Shown here: positions 1 through 12,139 of the stretch, one piece after another | Layout: the number at the start of each line of letters is the position of its first letter | Position numbering within the stretch: position 1 is the first letter of the stretch | DNA from: Macrostomum lignano | Taxonomy: Eukaryota | Assembly (NCBI GenBank): GCA_002269645.1 | Contig: NIVC01000620.1 | Location: 248,001 to 312,000, forward strand | DNA length: 64,000 bases | Direction of reading: 5' to 3' | Position numbers and translations under genes: made by a program | The notes under the pieces: generated by a model | Told to the model about the DNA's origin: nothing | The model's input: only the letters and a program-made list of their open reading frames with translations | The model's database searches: none

Positions 1-5
1 GCATA

Positions 6-10
6 ATGCG

Positions 11-46
<36 letters not shown>

Positions 47-47
47 T

Positions 48-90
<43 letters not shown>

Positions 91-207
91 GGCAGACAGG
101 CAGACAGACACACAGACAGACAGACACACAGACAGACAGACACACAGACAGACAGACACACAGACAGACAGACACACAGACAGACAGACACACAGACAGA
201 CAGACAC

Positions 208-242
<35 letters not shown>

Positions 243-369
243 CAGACAGACAGACAGACAGACAGACAGGCAGACAGACAGACAGACAGACAGACAGACA
301 CACAGACAGACAGACAGACAGGCAGACAGACAGACAGACAGACAGACACACAGACAGACAGACGGACAC

Positions 370-404
<35 letters not shown>

Positions 405-533
405 CACAGACAGACAGACAGACAGACAGACACACAGACAGACAGACAGACAGACACTAAGATGGACAGACAGACAGACACTAAAAAAGACAGGTAGGCA
501 TGCATGCAGACAGACAGACAGACAGACAGATAG
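6..533. repeat. (GACA)n microsatellite with CACA/GGCA variants, in intron 6 of the ABC gene
   Basis: Direct reading; lies downstream of the GTGAG donor at 573. Confidence 0.97.
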
Positions 534-573
534 ACAGGCAACCCAGACCGGACACGCAGCAGCTCAATCTCAC

Positions 574-2893
574 CCCTGCTCAGCACGGATCTCATGGCCT
601 CCACAGACTGGCTGATCGGCAGTCCCCTACTGATGAAGCGCAGATACTGCGGCATGGCCTCAGCAGGCCAGATGATGCCGCTGAGCAGCAGGTTGGGGTA
701 CATGGTGCCCAGGGCAGCTTGAATAGCGGAGTTCTCAGCTGAGCACAGGGCGGAGATCATGAGCCCGAGTGACATTCCGGTGAAACCATTCAACAGCGCC
801 AGCAGGATGACCCATAGCACGGAACCGTGACACGGCACCTGAAACACCACCAGAGAGAAGAACAGAAGCAAGCCGGTCTGCCCGGCCATGATGAGCAGCT
901 GGGTGAGCATATGGCCCAGCATCAGCTCCAGTATGGTGACCCCGGCAACAAGACTTCGATCTAGCAGGCCCTCCTTTCGTTCCAACACGAAGCTGAGCGC
1001 AGTGAGTCCGGTAGCCATGAAGAATACAATGGTGACAATCATTCCAGGGGCCATGAACTCCGTAAAGCTGGGATTATCAGTTCCTAGCAACGGAGCGTCC
1101 ATGACAACCGGTAGACTGACCAGCTCTGGCGATAATCCAAATTGGGAGAGCAAATCTCCGGCAAATTTTTGAAATGATTCAGCGACAGACTTTTGAATCA
1201 TCAGGCTGACTTGATAGTTGGAGTTGTCCAGTTGCAGGTGGACACTGCCGCCACTCAGGGTGGCGTTGGTGGCAGCCGTCGGGTTTGAGAAGCGCGCGAG
1301 CAGGTCGGTAGAGAAATTTGCGCCAAGAGAGAGCACCGCCCAGGCGCGAACGTTGCGAACTTCAGTGCGAGCTTCTTCCAGATTTTTGAATGGTTTCTGT
1401 GGGTGGGAGTTTGAGTAGGGTGTCTGCAGTGGAGTTTGAGTAGGGTGTCTTTACATATAGTAGAGTTTGAGTAGGGTGTCTGTAGTACAGTTTGAGTAGG
1501 GGGTCTGTAGTACAGCTTGAGTAGGGGGTCTGTATTAGATTGAGTAGGGTGTCTGTAGTAGAGTTTGAGTAGGGTGTCTGTAGTATAGTTTAAGTAGGTT
1601 TTCTGTAGTAGAGTTTGACTAGGGTGTCTAGTAGATTGAGTAAGGTGTCTTAATTAGACTGAGTAGGGTATCCGTAGTAGACTGAGTAGGGTGTCTGTAG
1701 TAGAGTTTGAGTAGGGTGTCTGTCTGTAGTAGAGTTTGAGTAGGGTGTCTGTCTGTAGTAGAGTTTGAGTAGGGTGTCTGTCTGTAGTAGAGTTTGAGTA
1801 GGGTGTCTGTCTGTAGTAGAGTTTGAGTAGGGTGTCTGTCTGTAGTAGAGTTTGAGTAGGGTGTCTGTCTGTAGTAGAGTTTGAGTAGGGTGTCTGTCTG
1901 TAGTAGAGTTTGAGTAGGGTGTCTGTAGTAGAGTTTGAGTAGGGTGTCTGTAGTACAGTTTGAGTAGGGTGTCTGTCTGTAGTAGAGTTTGAGTAGGGTG
2001 TCTGTAGTACAGTTTGAGTAGGGTGTCTGTCTGTAGTAGAGTTTGAGTAGGGTGTCTGTAGTACAGTTTGAGTAGGGTGTCTGTCTGTAGTAGAGTTTGA
2101 GTTAAATATAAGCACAGTATTTAGAGCAAAACCATCGAAGCCCCACCACATGGAAGGTGTTATTATCCAGGTAGGTCATAAACTTGGCTCCCAGCTCCCC
2201 GGAGCTGTCCAGATTAACACTGGCAAGAGTGAGCCCAAACGGGTCTCCGCCAACGCACACGCAGAACAGCACAATCTGAATAATTGGCAGGATGAACTGG
2301 AAAGCCAGGAAGGTGAGTCGCCTTCGCAGATTGTTGAAATTCTTGCCAACCACCGCCAGGATGTGCCAGAGGGAGGGCAGGGCGAACACAGACCGGAGAC
2401 TGTCGCCCAACGGCACGTACTCTTTGTAGAGCAGGTTTGGCAGCGAGTCGCCATCGTTCGAGTTGGAAGTAGCACCCGCAGGTGAGGAATTCAGCGAGCG
2501 ATCGTGGTTGCTAGGCTTGGGTAGCAACGGCGAATTTTCGGTGACGATTTCTGATGTGGAGGCAGCGGCGTTGGCGGCTGCTGAAGTGCTGGATGCAGCT
2601 GCCGAGGTATCTGGCAATGAATCTTCCGAGTCCATCTCGCAGAGCTTGAGAAAGACCGACTCCAGGCTCTGAGATTTTGAGAAGATACAGATAGTAGTAG
2701 TAGTAGTAGTAGTAGTAGCAGTAGCAGTAGTAGCAGTAGTAGTAGTAGTAGTAGTAGCAGTAGTAGTAGTAGTAGTAGTAGCAGTAGTAGTAGTAGTAGT
2801 AGCAGTAGTAGTAGTAGTAGTAGTAGCAGTAGTAGCAGTAGTAGTAGCAGTAGTAGTAGTAGTAGCAGTAGTAGCAGTAGTAGTAGTAGTAGC

Positions 2894-2931
<38 letters not shown>

Positions 2932-2932
2932 C

Positions 2933-2966
<34 letters not shown>

Positions 2967-5900
2967 TAGTAGTAGTAGTGGTAGCATTAGTAGCGGTAGT
3001 AGTAGTAGCATTAGTAGCAGTAGTAGTAGTAGCATTAGTAGCAGTAGTAGTAGTAGCATTAGTAGTAGTACAGTCAGTATCAGTAGTATATTACTCACAC
3101 TATCATTATACCTATCCAACAGTTCTTGCGGTTTCGCCTCAGCCAGCAGTCGGCCGTCACGCATCAGAGCCACCATGTGACCCTGGCGAGCCTCCTCAAT
3201 GTAGTGAGTCGTGATCACGATTGACGTGGGGCGTTCCCGGTTGTTTACAATCGACAGCATGTGGTTCCAGATGCTTCGGAGGCAATGGGTGATGCATGAT
3301 GCTAGTATGGCAATACAAAGTATTACGTGTCTTGTAGTATATGAATTAGATGGACAGCGAATTACTTAATCCTGTAGCGTAATTCCGGGAATTAAACATC
3401 TACCAGCTGATATCTACCAGCTGATATCTACCAGCTGACATCTACTAGCTGACATCTACCAGCTGACATCTACCAGCTGATATCTATCAGCTGACATCTA
3501 CTAGCTGATATCTACCAGCTGACATCTACCAGCTGATATCTACCAGCTGATATCTACCAGCTGACATCTACCAGCTGATATCTACCAGCTGATATCTACC
3601 AGCTGATATCTACCAGCTGATATCTACCAGCTGACATCTACCAGCTGATATCTATCAGCTGATATCTATCAGCTGACATCTACCAGCTGACATCTACCAG
3701 CTGATATCTACCAGCTGATATCTATCAGCTGACATCTACCAGCTGATATCTACCAGCTGATATCTACCAGCTGACATCTATCAGCTGACATCTATCAGCT
3801 GACATCTACCAGCTGACATCTACCAGCTGATATCTACCAGCTGATATCTACCAGCTGACATCTACCAGCTGATATCTACCAGCTGATATCTATCAGCTGA
3901 CATCTACCAGCTGATATCTACCAGCTGATATCTACCAGCTGACATCTACCAGCTGATATCTATCAGCTGATATCTATCAGCTGATATCTACCAGCTGATA
4001 TCTACCAGCTGTATTAACTATATTGCTCAGAATCAGTCCGACTGCTCACCACTGCCTGAGCAGCGGGTCGACGCCCACGGTTGGCTCGTCCAAAATCAGC
4101 AGCGGCGGCCGATGCAGCAGGGCGCAAGCGAACGACACGCGACGCTGTTGGCCTCCGCTGGGTGTTGGAGTGAAGGATTGCATTTGATGAGTCATACAGT
4201 GATCATTGCTTGTGCAAGATGGCTAATTGAGTCATGGTGGACTGCAATATGAGTTATTGATTTCGCAAGATGAGTCATCGATTGATGATTGATTGTGCAA
4301 GATGAGTCATCGATTGATGATTGATTGTGCAAGATGAGTCATCGATTGATTATTGATTTCGCAAGATGAGTCATCGATTGATGATTGATTGTGCAAGATG
4401 AGTCATCGAGTGATGATTATTGATTGTGCTAGATGAGTCATCGATTGATGATTGATTGTGCAAGATGAGTCATCGATTGATGATTGATTGTTCAAGATGA
4501 GTCATCGACTAATGATTGATTGTGCAAGATGAGTCATCGATTGATGATTGATTGTGCAAGATGAGTCATTGAGTGATGATTTATGGCGGAAGATGAGTCA
4601 TCGAGTGATTGAATGATGTCGAGATGGTTCATACAGTAATTATGATTACTCGCAAGATGTATATATGATGTATAATAGAGTGACTATTGCACCATGAGAG
4701 TCAAAACACAGAAAAATTTACAAGATGAGCATAAAAATTTTATCGTTATTCTCACCTAAGCTGACAGATCAATCGCCTCTTGCTAGGCAGCTCAAGCAGA
4801 GTAACAAGAAAGTCTGTCTGCCTGTCAATCTCCTGCGATGGCATGTGAAATATCCGACCAAAATAGTACATAGTCTCTGACACGGTGAAATCTTGATACA
4901 GAGCCAGGTCCTGCGGCATGTAGCCGATGAGATTACCGGGCACCCGGTGACCCGGTTTACCAGGTCGGCCGCCCATCACTTGAACAACGCCCGCGTCGGG
5001 TTTGAGTCTGCCAACCACGCATTTGAGCAGAGTGGTCTTGCCGCAGCCGCTAGGTCCGAGTAGGCCGTAACTGAATCGTAAAAATGAGCAATTGTTGAAC
5101 AAGAACTGCTCAAGAACTTGGGCCGGGTCGATTTTCGTACACGAGCAACAAAGTCAAAACGAGTTAATAAATGAGGTAACTTGTGCTCTCCAATTTTGAA
5201 CAATACTGGCAAATCTTGTAGTAGTGGTAGACTAGTAATCTACACCCCTGAGGGGGATTCTGACTTACCTAAAGATCCTGAAGAGTCCTGACCTAAATAA
5301 GATCCTGATGGATCCTGATTCCTGACCTAAATAAAATCCTGATGTATCCTGATTCCTGGCCTAAATAACATCCTGATGGATCCCTGGCTCCTGACCTAAA
5401 TAAGGTCTTGATTTATCACTAATTCCTGACCTATATAAGAGACTGATTTATCAATGATTCCTGACCTAAATAAGATACTGATTTATTCCTGATTCCTGAC
5501 CTAAATAATATACTGGTGTATCGTGATTCCTGAATCCTGACCTAAATAAGATGATGATTTATCCCTGATTCCTGACCTAAATAAGATCCTGGTGCATCCC
5601 CTGATTCCTGACCTAAATAAGATCCTGGTGCATCCCCTGATTCCTGGCCTAAATAACATCCTGATGGATCCCTGGCTCCTGACCTAAATAAGGTCTTGAT
5701 TTATCACTAATTCCTGACCTATATAAGATACTGATTTATCAATGATTCCTGACCTAAATAATATACTGGTGTATCGTGATTCCTGAATCCTGACCTAAAT
5801 AAGATGATGATTTATCCCTGATTCCTGACCTAAATAAGATCCTGGTGCATCCCCTGATTCCTGACCTAAATAAGATCCTGGTGTATCCCCTAATCCCTGA

Positions 5901-6098
5901 CCTAAATAAGGTACTGATGCACCAATAAGGAGAATGGGCACGACTACTTGCCTCCGCTTTGTTTAACACTTTAACTTACATTTTACCCAATGGCACTTGC
6001 AGTGAAAGACCTTTAAGTACGGGTGTACTTTTATAATAAGATTTGCACAACGTGTCCACTTCAACAGCGTGCATCAGCTGGCCCGGGGTGACGTCCAT
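574..6098 (-). CDS. ABC half-transporter (NBD-TMD), ABCH / ABCG23-like; exons 5980-6098, 4756-5070, 4050-4157, 3099-3273, 2147-2668, 574-1396; last exon lies left of the window
   Basis: Spliced by eye with GT/AG junctions and consistent phases (2,2,2,0,0,1). Translation starts [21 protein letters not shown] and contains Walker [10 protein letters not shown]-loop GYMPQ, signature LSGGQQRR, Walker [10 protein letters not shown]-loop TTHYIEEA and an ABC-2 membrane domain (FTEFMAPG...[15 protein letters not shown]...LSGIIWP). The exon-5 donor could be 3 nt either way. The ORF track misses exon 6, apparently because no stop is reached inside the window. Confidence 0.92.
1400..2101. repeat. 25/29-bp minisatellite (gtctgtagtagagtttgagtagggt, +/- gtct) filling ABC intron 5
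   Basis: Homogeneous core at 1680-2100; degenerate copies run up to the acceptor at 1397-1399. Confidence 0.95.
2692..3070. repeat. (TAG)n/(CAG) microsatellite filling ABC intron 4
   Basis: Direct reading. Confidence 0.97.
3398..4012. repeat. 14-bp minisatellite (gatatctaccagct / gacatctaccagct) in ABC intron 3
   Basis: About 44 tandem units. Confidence 0.97.
4255..4615. repeat. 32-bp minisatellite (gcaagatgagtcatcgattgatgattgattgt) in ABC intron 2
   Basis: About 11 units with degenerate edges. Confidence 0.93.
5268..5912. repeat. ~35-40-bp minisatellite with core gattcctgacctaaataa in ABC intron 1
   Basis: Repeated core with variable spacers; an internal multi-unit block is duplicated (about 5340-5600 vs 5640-5860). 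Confidence 0.93.
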
Positions 6099-6179
6099 GA
6101 CAGAAACGGTTGGTTAGTTTGAGCTGCTCGCAAAGATCGCATGAATTAGTGAGTAAAAATTTGCAGATTCGAAAATCAT

Positions 6180-6464
6180 CCCGATGAAAACGGTACCTAG
6201 GCCAAGAAGCGTCCTGAAGTCACTTGCGTCGCCCCATAGTCGCTTCAGATGCGTTGCAGATGACAGGTTATATAGGAAAGAAGTGATTCGAAACGCCTCT
6301 GAAGCGACGAGATGTCCCGGTAACAAGTCGCCAAAAATTCGTCAATGAGTCGTCCCAGAATCACTTTGAAGCGTCTTATTTATTGTCTGCGACTCTGAAA
6401 CGACTCTGACGACACGAAAGTGATTACGGGACGCTTCTTGGTCTATGTACCGTTTTTCATCTTG
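6180..6464. mobile_element. MITE-like element with ~45-bp terminal inverted repeats
   Basis: Left gatgaaaacggtacctaggccaagaagcgtcc (6183...) matches the reverse complement of the right end gggacgcttcttggtctatgtaccgtttttcatc (...6461). No clear TSD. Confidence 0.6.
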
Positions 6465-6569
6465 CAATAAAACATTCAGTTTTAGCCTATTGAACTCAAA
6501 TTGCACTAACCTACTGAGTTAGTAGAAAATTAGGCGCCTCTTTTACGACTCTTTTACGCTTCTACAACT

Positions 6570-6635
6570 CACGTGACGCGCTTGTGATGCAACAGTCACC
6601 TCTACGTCTCATTGGACGCGTCTCATTGGACGCGT
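6570..6635. promoter_or_regulatory. Candidate promoter elements upstream of the ABC gene: E-box CACGTG and a tandem 14-bp duplication (tctcattggacgcg x2) with two CCAAT boxes
   Basis: CACGTG at 6570-6575; duplicated unit at 6607-6620 and 6621-6634. Function is inferred only. Confidence 0.3.
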
Positions 6636-7031
6636 TTGTGTCTGTAAAAATTTACAAGAGTAGCCCCAGACGCGCTGGAGTCACCAGAGAGTTGTTTGCA
6701 ACGACTTTTTAGCGACTCTTGTCACGGTATCGATTTCAAGGGAATTATATAATGGCCTACAGTAAAAATAAACCCTTTAATAAATGAGAAGACCTTGATT
6801 TAAATTAAGGCACGCGTATATTTATTAAAATTCATCTACGTATAAAATAGATAACCCGCTACAGTTATTGACTTGAAAAGATTTAAAAAAGCTATCTATT
6901 GTTATAGAATCAAAAAATGCTTTACAATTTCAGTAAAAAAAGGATTAAAAAATTGAAAAGTTCAAGGCTTGATCAAATCTAATTAAACAGACGTACTAAA
7001 CCCAAGAGTCTTGACTGGTTTTGTTCATTAA

Positions 7032-7820
7032 TCACACCGAAGACTTCATCGACTTGTCAATGTACTGGACTTCGTCAGGCGGCAGGATGCTCACAGCGTA
7101 ACCATTGAACTGCTGAGGATCTTCAACCAGTCGAACGAACTGATCTGTCAGTAGGGACATCGGAATGAGCGCTTGATTCTCAGCCATCTTCTTCTTTAGC
7201 TTGTCAGACATCAGTGTAGACTGATTGCCTGGCTTAAATGAGTCCATAACCATGTCAGTTTTGATGAAGGCCGGGCACAGGCAGTTGAATCGAACTCCGT
7301 GTGTACTCAGATGCGGCTCAGATCCCATGGAGCCGGTCCAACCCACCACAGCGTGCTTCGAGGCTGTGTAAGCTGGCACATAGGCGGACGTAAATAAACC
7401 AGCTGCACTGGCCGTGTTGATCACCACACCGCCGTGACCTCCGCTCTGCTTCGACATGAACTCCACGGCCATCTGGCTGCCATAAATCACTCCTTTCACG
7501 TTCACGTCGATGGTCAGGTCCGGGTCCGCCTCGTTCGCTACGCCAGCGTTGTTAGCCACAATGTCGACTCGACCGTCCAGCTCGATGGCCTTCTGAAAGA
7601 CGCGTCGCAGCTCGGCCCTGTCCGTCACGCTGCACCGGACAAAGTGGCACCGGCCCGAGCCGTGCGTCTCGTTCAGCTCCTGCACGGCCTGACCTCCCGT
7701 CGCTTCGTTCAGGTCAGCGACGATCACCCGGCGGGCCTGGCGGACCAGCAGCGACTCCGCGATGGCCCGTCCGATGCCGCGGCCGCCGCCCGTTACTATG
7801 GCAACGGAGTTGCGAATCAT
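7032..7820 (-). CDS. Classical NAD-type SDR, 15-hydroxyprostaglandin dehydrogenase-like, copy 1 (262 aa, no coding intron)
   Basis: TGGGRGIG, Asp36 at the end of beta2, NNAG, N107/S138/Y151/K155 tetrad; the segment MSKQSGGHGGVVINTAS resembles HPGD MSKQNGGEGGIIINMSS. Confidence 0.93.
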   Translation of the reverse strand: MIRNSVAIVTGGGRGIGRAIAESLLVRQARRVIVADLNEATGGQAVQELNETHGSGRCHFVRCSVTDRAELRRVFQKAIELDGRVDIVANNAGVANEADPDLTIDVNVKGVIYGSQMAVEFMSKQSGGHGGVVINTASAAGLFTSAYVPAYTASKHAVVGWTGSMGSEPHLSTHGVRFNCLCPAFIKTDMVMDSFKPGNQSTLMSDKLKKKMAENQALIPMSLLTDQFVRLVEDPQQFNGYAVSILPPDEVQYIDKSMKSSV

Positions 7821-8713
7821 GCTTTCGCTGCTGGTGCTGGAATGCGTCAGAAATTCATGCTTCTCGAGGTCAGGGTTTGTTTAGATAGGCATTATAGAGC
7901 CGTGGGTTCTGGTCAAACATCAGGCAATCACGGATGTCACATTCTGCTGAACCCTGAATTACATAAGCACAGAACAGGCACACAATAGCATATACTATTG
8001 TCATAGTTAAGCAGTGGACATCCTGTGTTGTTTGTTGTTTTTCGAGTTGGCTTAAAAGTCTGCGTGGAAGTCAATGTCAATCAAAGCAAGGCATTCAGAA
8101 AAAAACAAGAAAAAAATGAGGCAAGCTACAGAGGATAAAATCAACTAGCAATAGTTTTGCAATTCATGTATTACATTATGAACTAATTTCCTAACTATAC
8201 AATATTAAAACACGGCTTTCAAAGTCAATAACTCAAAGTCAAATCAAGAAGACATTGTAAATAAAACACTATTTTAATAAGAACGAAAACAGAGTGAAAG
8301 ACGAGCCTAAAAAACGGCAGTTCCTAATTTCCGAATGTCCTTGAAACATAATCAAAGTCCTTGTGAATATTAGTTTCATTTCTTGCAAAGTCAGAAAAAA
8401 TTATAAAATACAACGTGTACACAAAAATAAAGCTTGTTTCAATTTGGCAAAATGTTACACTTGATTCCTTTTTATAATCGTACAATAGTCAGGGTACACC
8501 GGACACGAAATCTTAATGATGAAGTTAATTCCCTACAAGAATCTCCCCGTTTCTGCATTTTTGCCGTGGGAATGTTCCCTAACCTGCTCTGGATATCTTG
8601 CAAAAAACTAAAGAGCTGATAGCAACAAAGGCACAAGCTACAGACGTAGCTGTGAATGCTGCTGAAAGCTGGCTTTAAAGAACTGCTTGTCAGCTTGTCT
8701 CGAGCTCCCAGCA

Positions 8714-9502
8714 TCACATCAATGCCTTCATCGACTTGTCAATGTACCGAACTTGATCAGGCGGCAGGATGCTCACAGCGTAACCATTGAACTGCTGAGG
8801 ATCTTCAATCAGTCGAACGAACTGATCTGTCAGCACGGACATCGGGATGAGCGCTTGATTTTCAGCCATCTTCTTCTTTAGCTTGTCAGACATCAGTGTA
8901 GATTGATTGCCTGGCTTAAATGAGCCCACAATCATGTCCGTTTTAATGTAGGCCGGACACAGGCAGTTGAATCTAATCCCGTGCTCACTCAGGTGCGGCT
9001 CAGACCCCATGGAGCCGGTCCAACCCACCACAGCGTGCTTCGAAGCTGAGTAAGCCGGCACATAAGCCGAAGTAAACAGACCAACAGCACTAGCCGTGTT
9101 GATCACCACACCGCCGTGACCTCCGCTCTGCTTCGACATGAACTCTACGGCCATCTGGCTGCCATAAATCACTCCTTTCACGTTCACATCGATGGTCAAG
9201 TCTGGGTCCGCCTCGTTCGCCACGCCAGCGTTGTTGGCCACGATGTCGACTCGACCGTCCAGCTCGATGGCCTTCTGAAAGACGCGTCGCAGCTCTGCCC
9301 TGTCCGTCACGCTGCACCGGACAAAGTGGCACCGGCCCGAGCCGTGCGTCTCGCTCAGCTCCTGCACGGCCTGACCTCCCATCGCTTCGTTCAGGTCAGC
9401 GACGATCACCCGGCGGGCCTGGCGGACCAGCAGCGACTCCGCGATGGCCCGTCCGATGCCGCGGCCGCCGCCCGTTACTATGGCAACGGAGTTGCGAATC
9501 AT
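8714..9502 (-). CDS. HPGD-like SDR, copy 2 (262 aa; true ATG at 9502)
   Basis: Same motifs (YSASK). The track's 280-aa version starts at a TTG. Confidence 0.93.
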   Translation of the reverse strand: MIRNSVAIVTGGGRGIGRAIAESLLVRQARRVIVADLNEAMGGQAVQELSETHGSGRCHFVRCSVTDRAELRRVFQKAIELDGRVDIVANNAGVANEADPDLTIDVNVKGVIYGSQMAVEFMSKQSGGHGGVVINTASAVGLFTSAYVPAYSASKHAVVGWTGSMGSEPHLSEHGIRFNCLCPAYIKTDMIVGSFKPGNQSTLMSDKLKKKMAENQALIPMSVLTDQFVRLIEDPQQFNGYAVSILPPDQVRYIDKSMKALM

Positions 9503-10244
9503 GCTTTCGCTGCTGGTGCTGGAATGCGTCGGAAATGTAATTTTTCTAGAGGTCAAGTTTTGTTGACATTGACAAATACAGGCAGGTACACAATATCACG
9601 CACTATTGTCATGGTCAATGTTAATCAAACAATGCATTCAGTAAAAAATACGAAAAAATTGCAAGCATGTTACAAATCGAGAGATAATGAAATCAATTAA
9701 AAATAGTTCCATAATTCATTTATTTAGGTCATGAACCAATATCTTTATTACGAGTATATTAAAACACGGGTACAGAAGTCAATGATTTGAACGTCAAATC
9801 AAGAATACTTTAGAAATACTATTTTTATAGGAAAACCAAAAAACTTCAACAGACTGAAAGACGAAGGTCTTGGACACAATCTCAGCCTTATGCATTAATT
9901 TGTTTCATCTCTTTTGATGTTAGAAAATTTTATAAATACAAAATACACCAAGTGTACACAAAAATAAAGCTCGCTTCAATTTGGCACAGTGTCACTTGAT
10001 TCCTACTTATACAATTGTCAGGTTACACTGGATACAAACTCTTTATGATGAAATACTTCCTTGACAAGAATTGCCCTTTAATTAACGCATTTTTGCCTGA
10101 GTAGAAGTTTCCCAAACTTTTCTGGATATCTTTAAAAACTTTAAGAGGTTTCAGCAACAGAGGCACAAGCAACAGAGTTACGTATCCGGAGCTCAGTGAG
10201 TGCATGACTAAGATAAAGAACATTCCTCTCTCCTGCTCACAGCA

Positions 10245-11033
10245 TCACATTAACGCCTTCATCGACTTGTCAATGTATCGGACCTGATCAGGCGGCAGGA
10301 TGCTCACAGCGTAACCATTGAACTGCTGAGGATCTTCAATGAGTCGAATAAATTGATCTGTCAGTACGGACATCGGAATTAGCACCTGGTTTTTAGTCAC
10401 CTTTTTCTTTAGCTCGTCGGGCATTAGCATTGATTTGTCGCCCAGTTTAAAGCAATCGGTTGCCATGTCAGTCAGTATAAATGCCGGGCACAGGCAGTTG
10501 AATCGAATTCCGTGTGCACTCAAGTGCGGCTCAGACCCCATGGAGCCGGTCCAACCCACCACAGCGTGCTTTGAGGCTGTATAAGAAGGCAAGTAGGAGG
10601 ACGTGAACAGACCAGCTGCACTGGCTGTGTTGATCACCACACCGCCGTGACCTCCGCTCTGCTTCGACATGAATTCGATGGCTAGTTGAGTGCCATAAAT
10701 CACTCCTTTCACGTTCACATCGATGGTCAGGTCCGGGTCCGCCTCGTTCGCCACGCCTGCGTTGTTGGCCACGATGTCGATTCGACCGTCCAGCTCGATG
10801 GCCTTCTGAAAGACGCGTCGCAGCTCGGCCCTGTCCGTCACGCTGCACCGGACAAAGTGGCACCGGCCCGAGCCGTGCGTCTCGTTCAGCTCCTGCACGG
10901 CCTGACCTCCCGTCGCTTTGTTCAGGTCGGCGACGATCACCCGGCGGGCCTGGCGGACCAGCAGCGACTCCGCGATGGCCCGTCCGATGCCGCGGCCGCC
11001 GCCCGTTACTATGGCAACGGAATTGCGAATCAT
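10245..11033 (-). CDS. HPGD-like SDR, copy 3 (262 aa)
   Basis: Same motifs (YTASK); intact ORF. Confidence 0.93.
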   Translation of the reverse strand: MIRNSVAIVTGGGRGIGRAIAESLLVRQARRVIVADLNKATGGQAVQELNETHGSGRCHFVRCSVTDRAELRRVFQKAIELDGRIDIVANNAGVANEADPDLTIDVNVKGVIYGTQLAIEFMSKQSGGHGGVVINTASAAGLFTSSYLPSYTASKHAVVGWTGSMGSEPHLSAHGIRFNCLCPAFILTDMATDCFKLGDKSMLMPDELKKKVTKNQVLIPMSVLTDQFIRLIEDPQQFNGYAVSILPPDQVRYIDKSMKALM

Positions 11034-11699
11034 GCTTTCGCTGCTGCTGCTGGAATGCGTCGGAAATTCATGCTTTTCGAGGTCAAGGTTTGTTTAGATA
11101 GGCGTTATAGAGCCATGGGTTCTGGTCAAACATCAAGCAATCACGGATGTCACATTTTGCTGAATCCTGCAGCACATGACACACAGTTACACAATGTCAC
11201 AGATTAGTATTAATTGACGTTTAGGTTTACTTAAATAATGTATATGCGTATATCTCACATGCAACTGCAAAACTGTTCAGGATTCATGGTTATAGGAATA
11301 GTACTAGTAGTACTAGAAGTATATACTACTTCGGATCGTACTTTTATATACAATTGGATTGAAAAGAAGCAAGTATTGATTGCAAATTTTCAATTATTTA
11401 ATGATCATTTCATTATTACTTCTGAACTGCCGAACCATAACGGAGGGAAGGACCGTTTCTACTATTGGCACGTAGACAGGCTTGATGAAAAAGTGAAACT
11501 GTAAATATGAAATATCAGCTAGACTATGGGCACCGCCTAATTAGGCCTAGCCCAGCCAATATTGTCTAAATGCTTGAATTAGATACCTCCTATCTCCGTA
11601 ATGTATTTTTTTCGGAAAAAACCTGCCACCTAAAATTTCCCAAGAAACGTAGTTTTCCGTTCTTTTACTTGAGTAGTCTTTGGTGTGAATGTGTGCATG

Positions 11700-11836
11700 A
11701 CTGGGTACGTATCCGCGCGCCTGTGTGCCTGCTCAGGGAAGTCAGCGGAATGGACAGTAATGCCTTTCGCCGGTTGTGTGACAATGTCGCTTAAAGTGCG
11801 CCAGGGTGCACACAGTCCCTGCCTCTAATAAAACCT
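11700..11836 (+). mobile_element. 3' portion of the tRNA-derived SINE family (head missing)
   Basis: ggaatggacagtaatgcc...gggtgcacacagtccctgcctctaataaaacc aligns with 14890-15005; the downstream flank is also homologous. Confidence 0.6.
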
Positions 11837-12139
11837 TATTGTTGATCAAATAATGCAATAGAAAAGTACAAAAATATCAAAGCAATTACAGATTAAAGAA
11901 TAAAATCCATTAAAAAAATAATAGCTACTCATTTTTTTAGGAGCAAGTCATGGGCTGTTTTTTTAGTTATCAACACAGAGAAACAAGCCAGTATTGTTAG
12001 CAGTCTGGTTTTGATTGAAACGATATTAAAACAGCAGAGGAAAAGCCAACAGACTGAAAGACAATTAATGGTGGTCCTTAAAAAATGCCTAACTTAACAT
12101 TATGCTATCAATTAGAATTATTATTTCCACAGGGAAGTC

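Noticed and set aside
9503-9556. 18-aa N-terminal extension of SDR copy 2
   Set aside because: Depends on a TTG start; the other four copies start at the homologous ATG.
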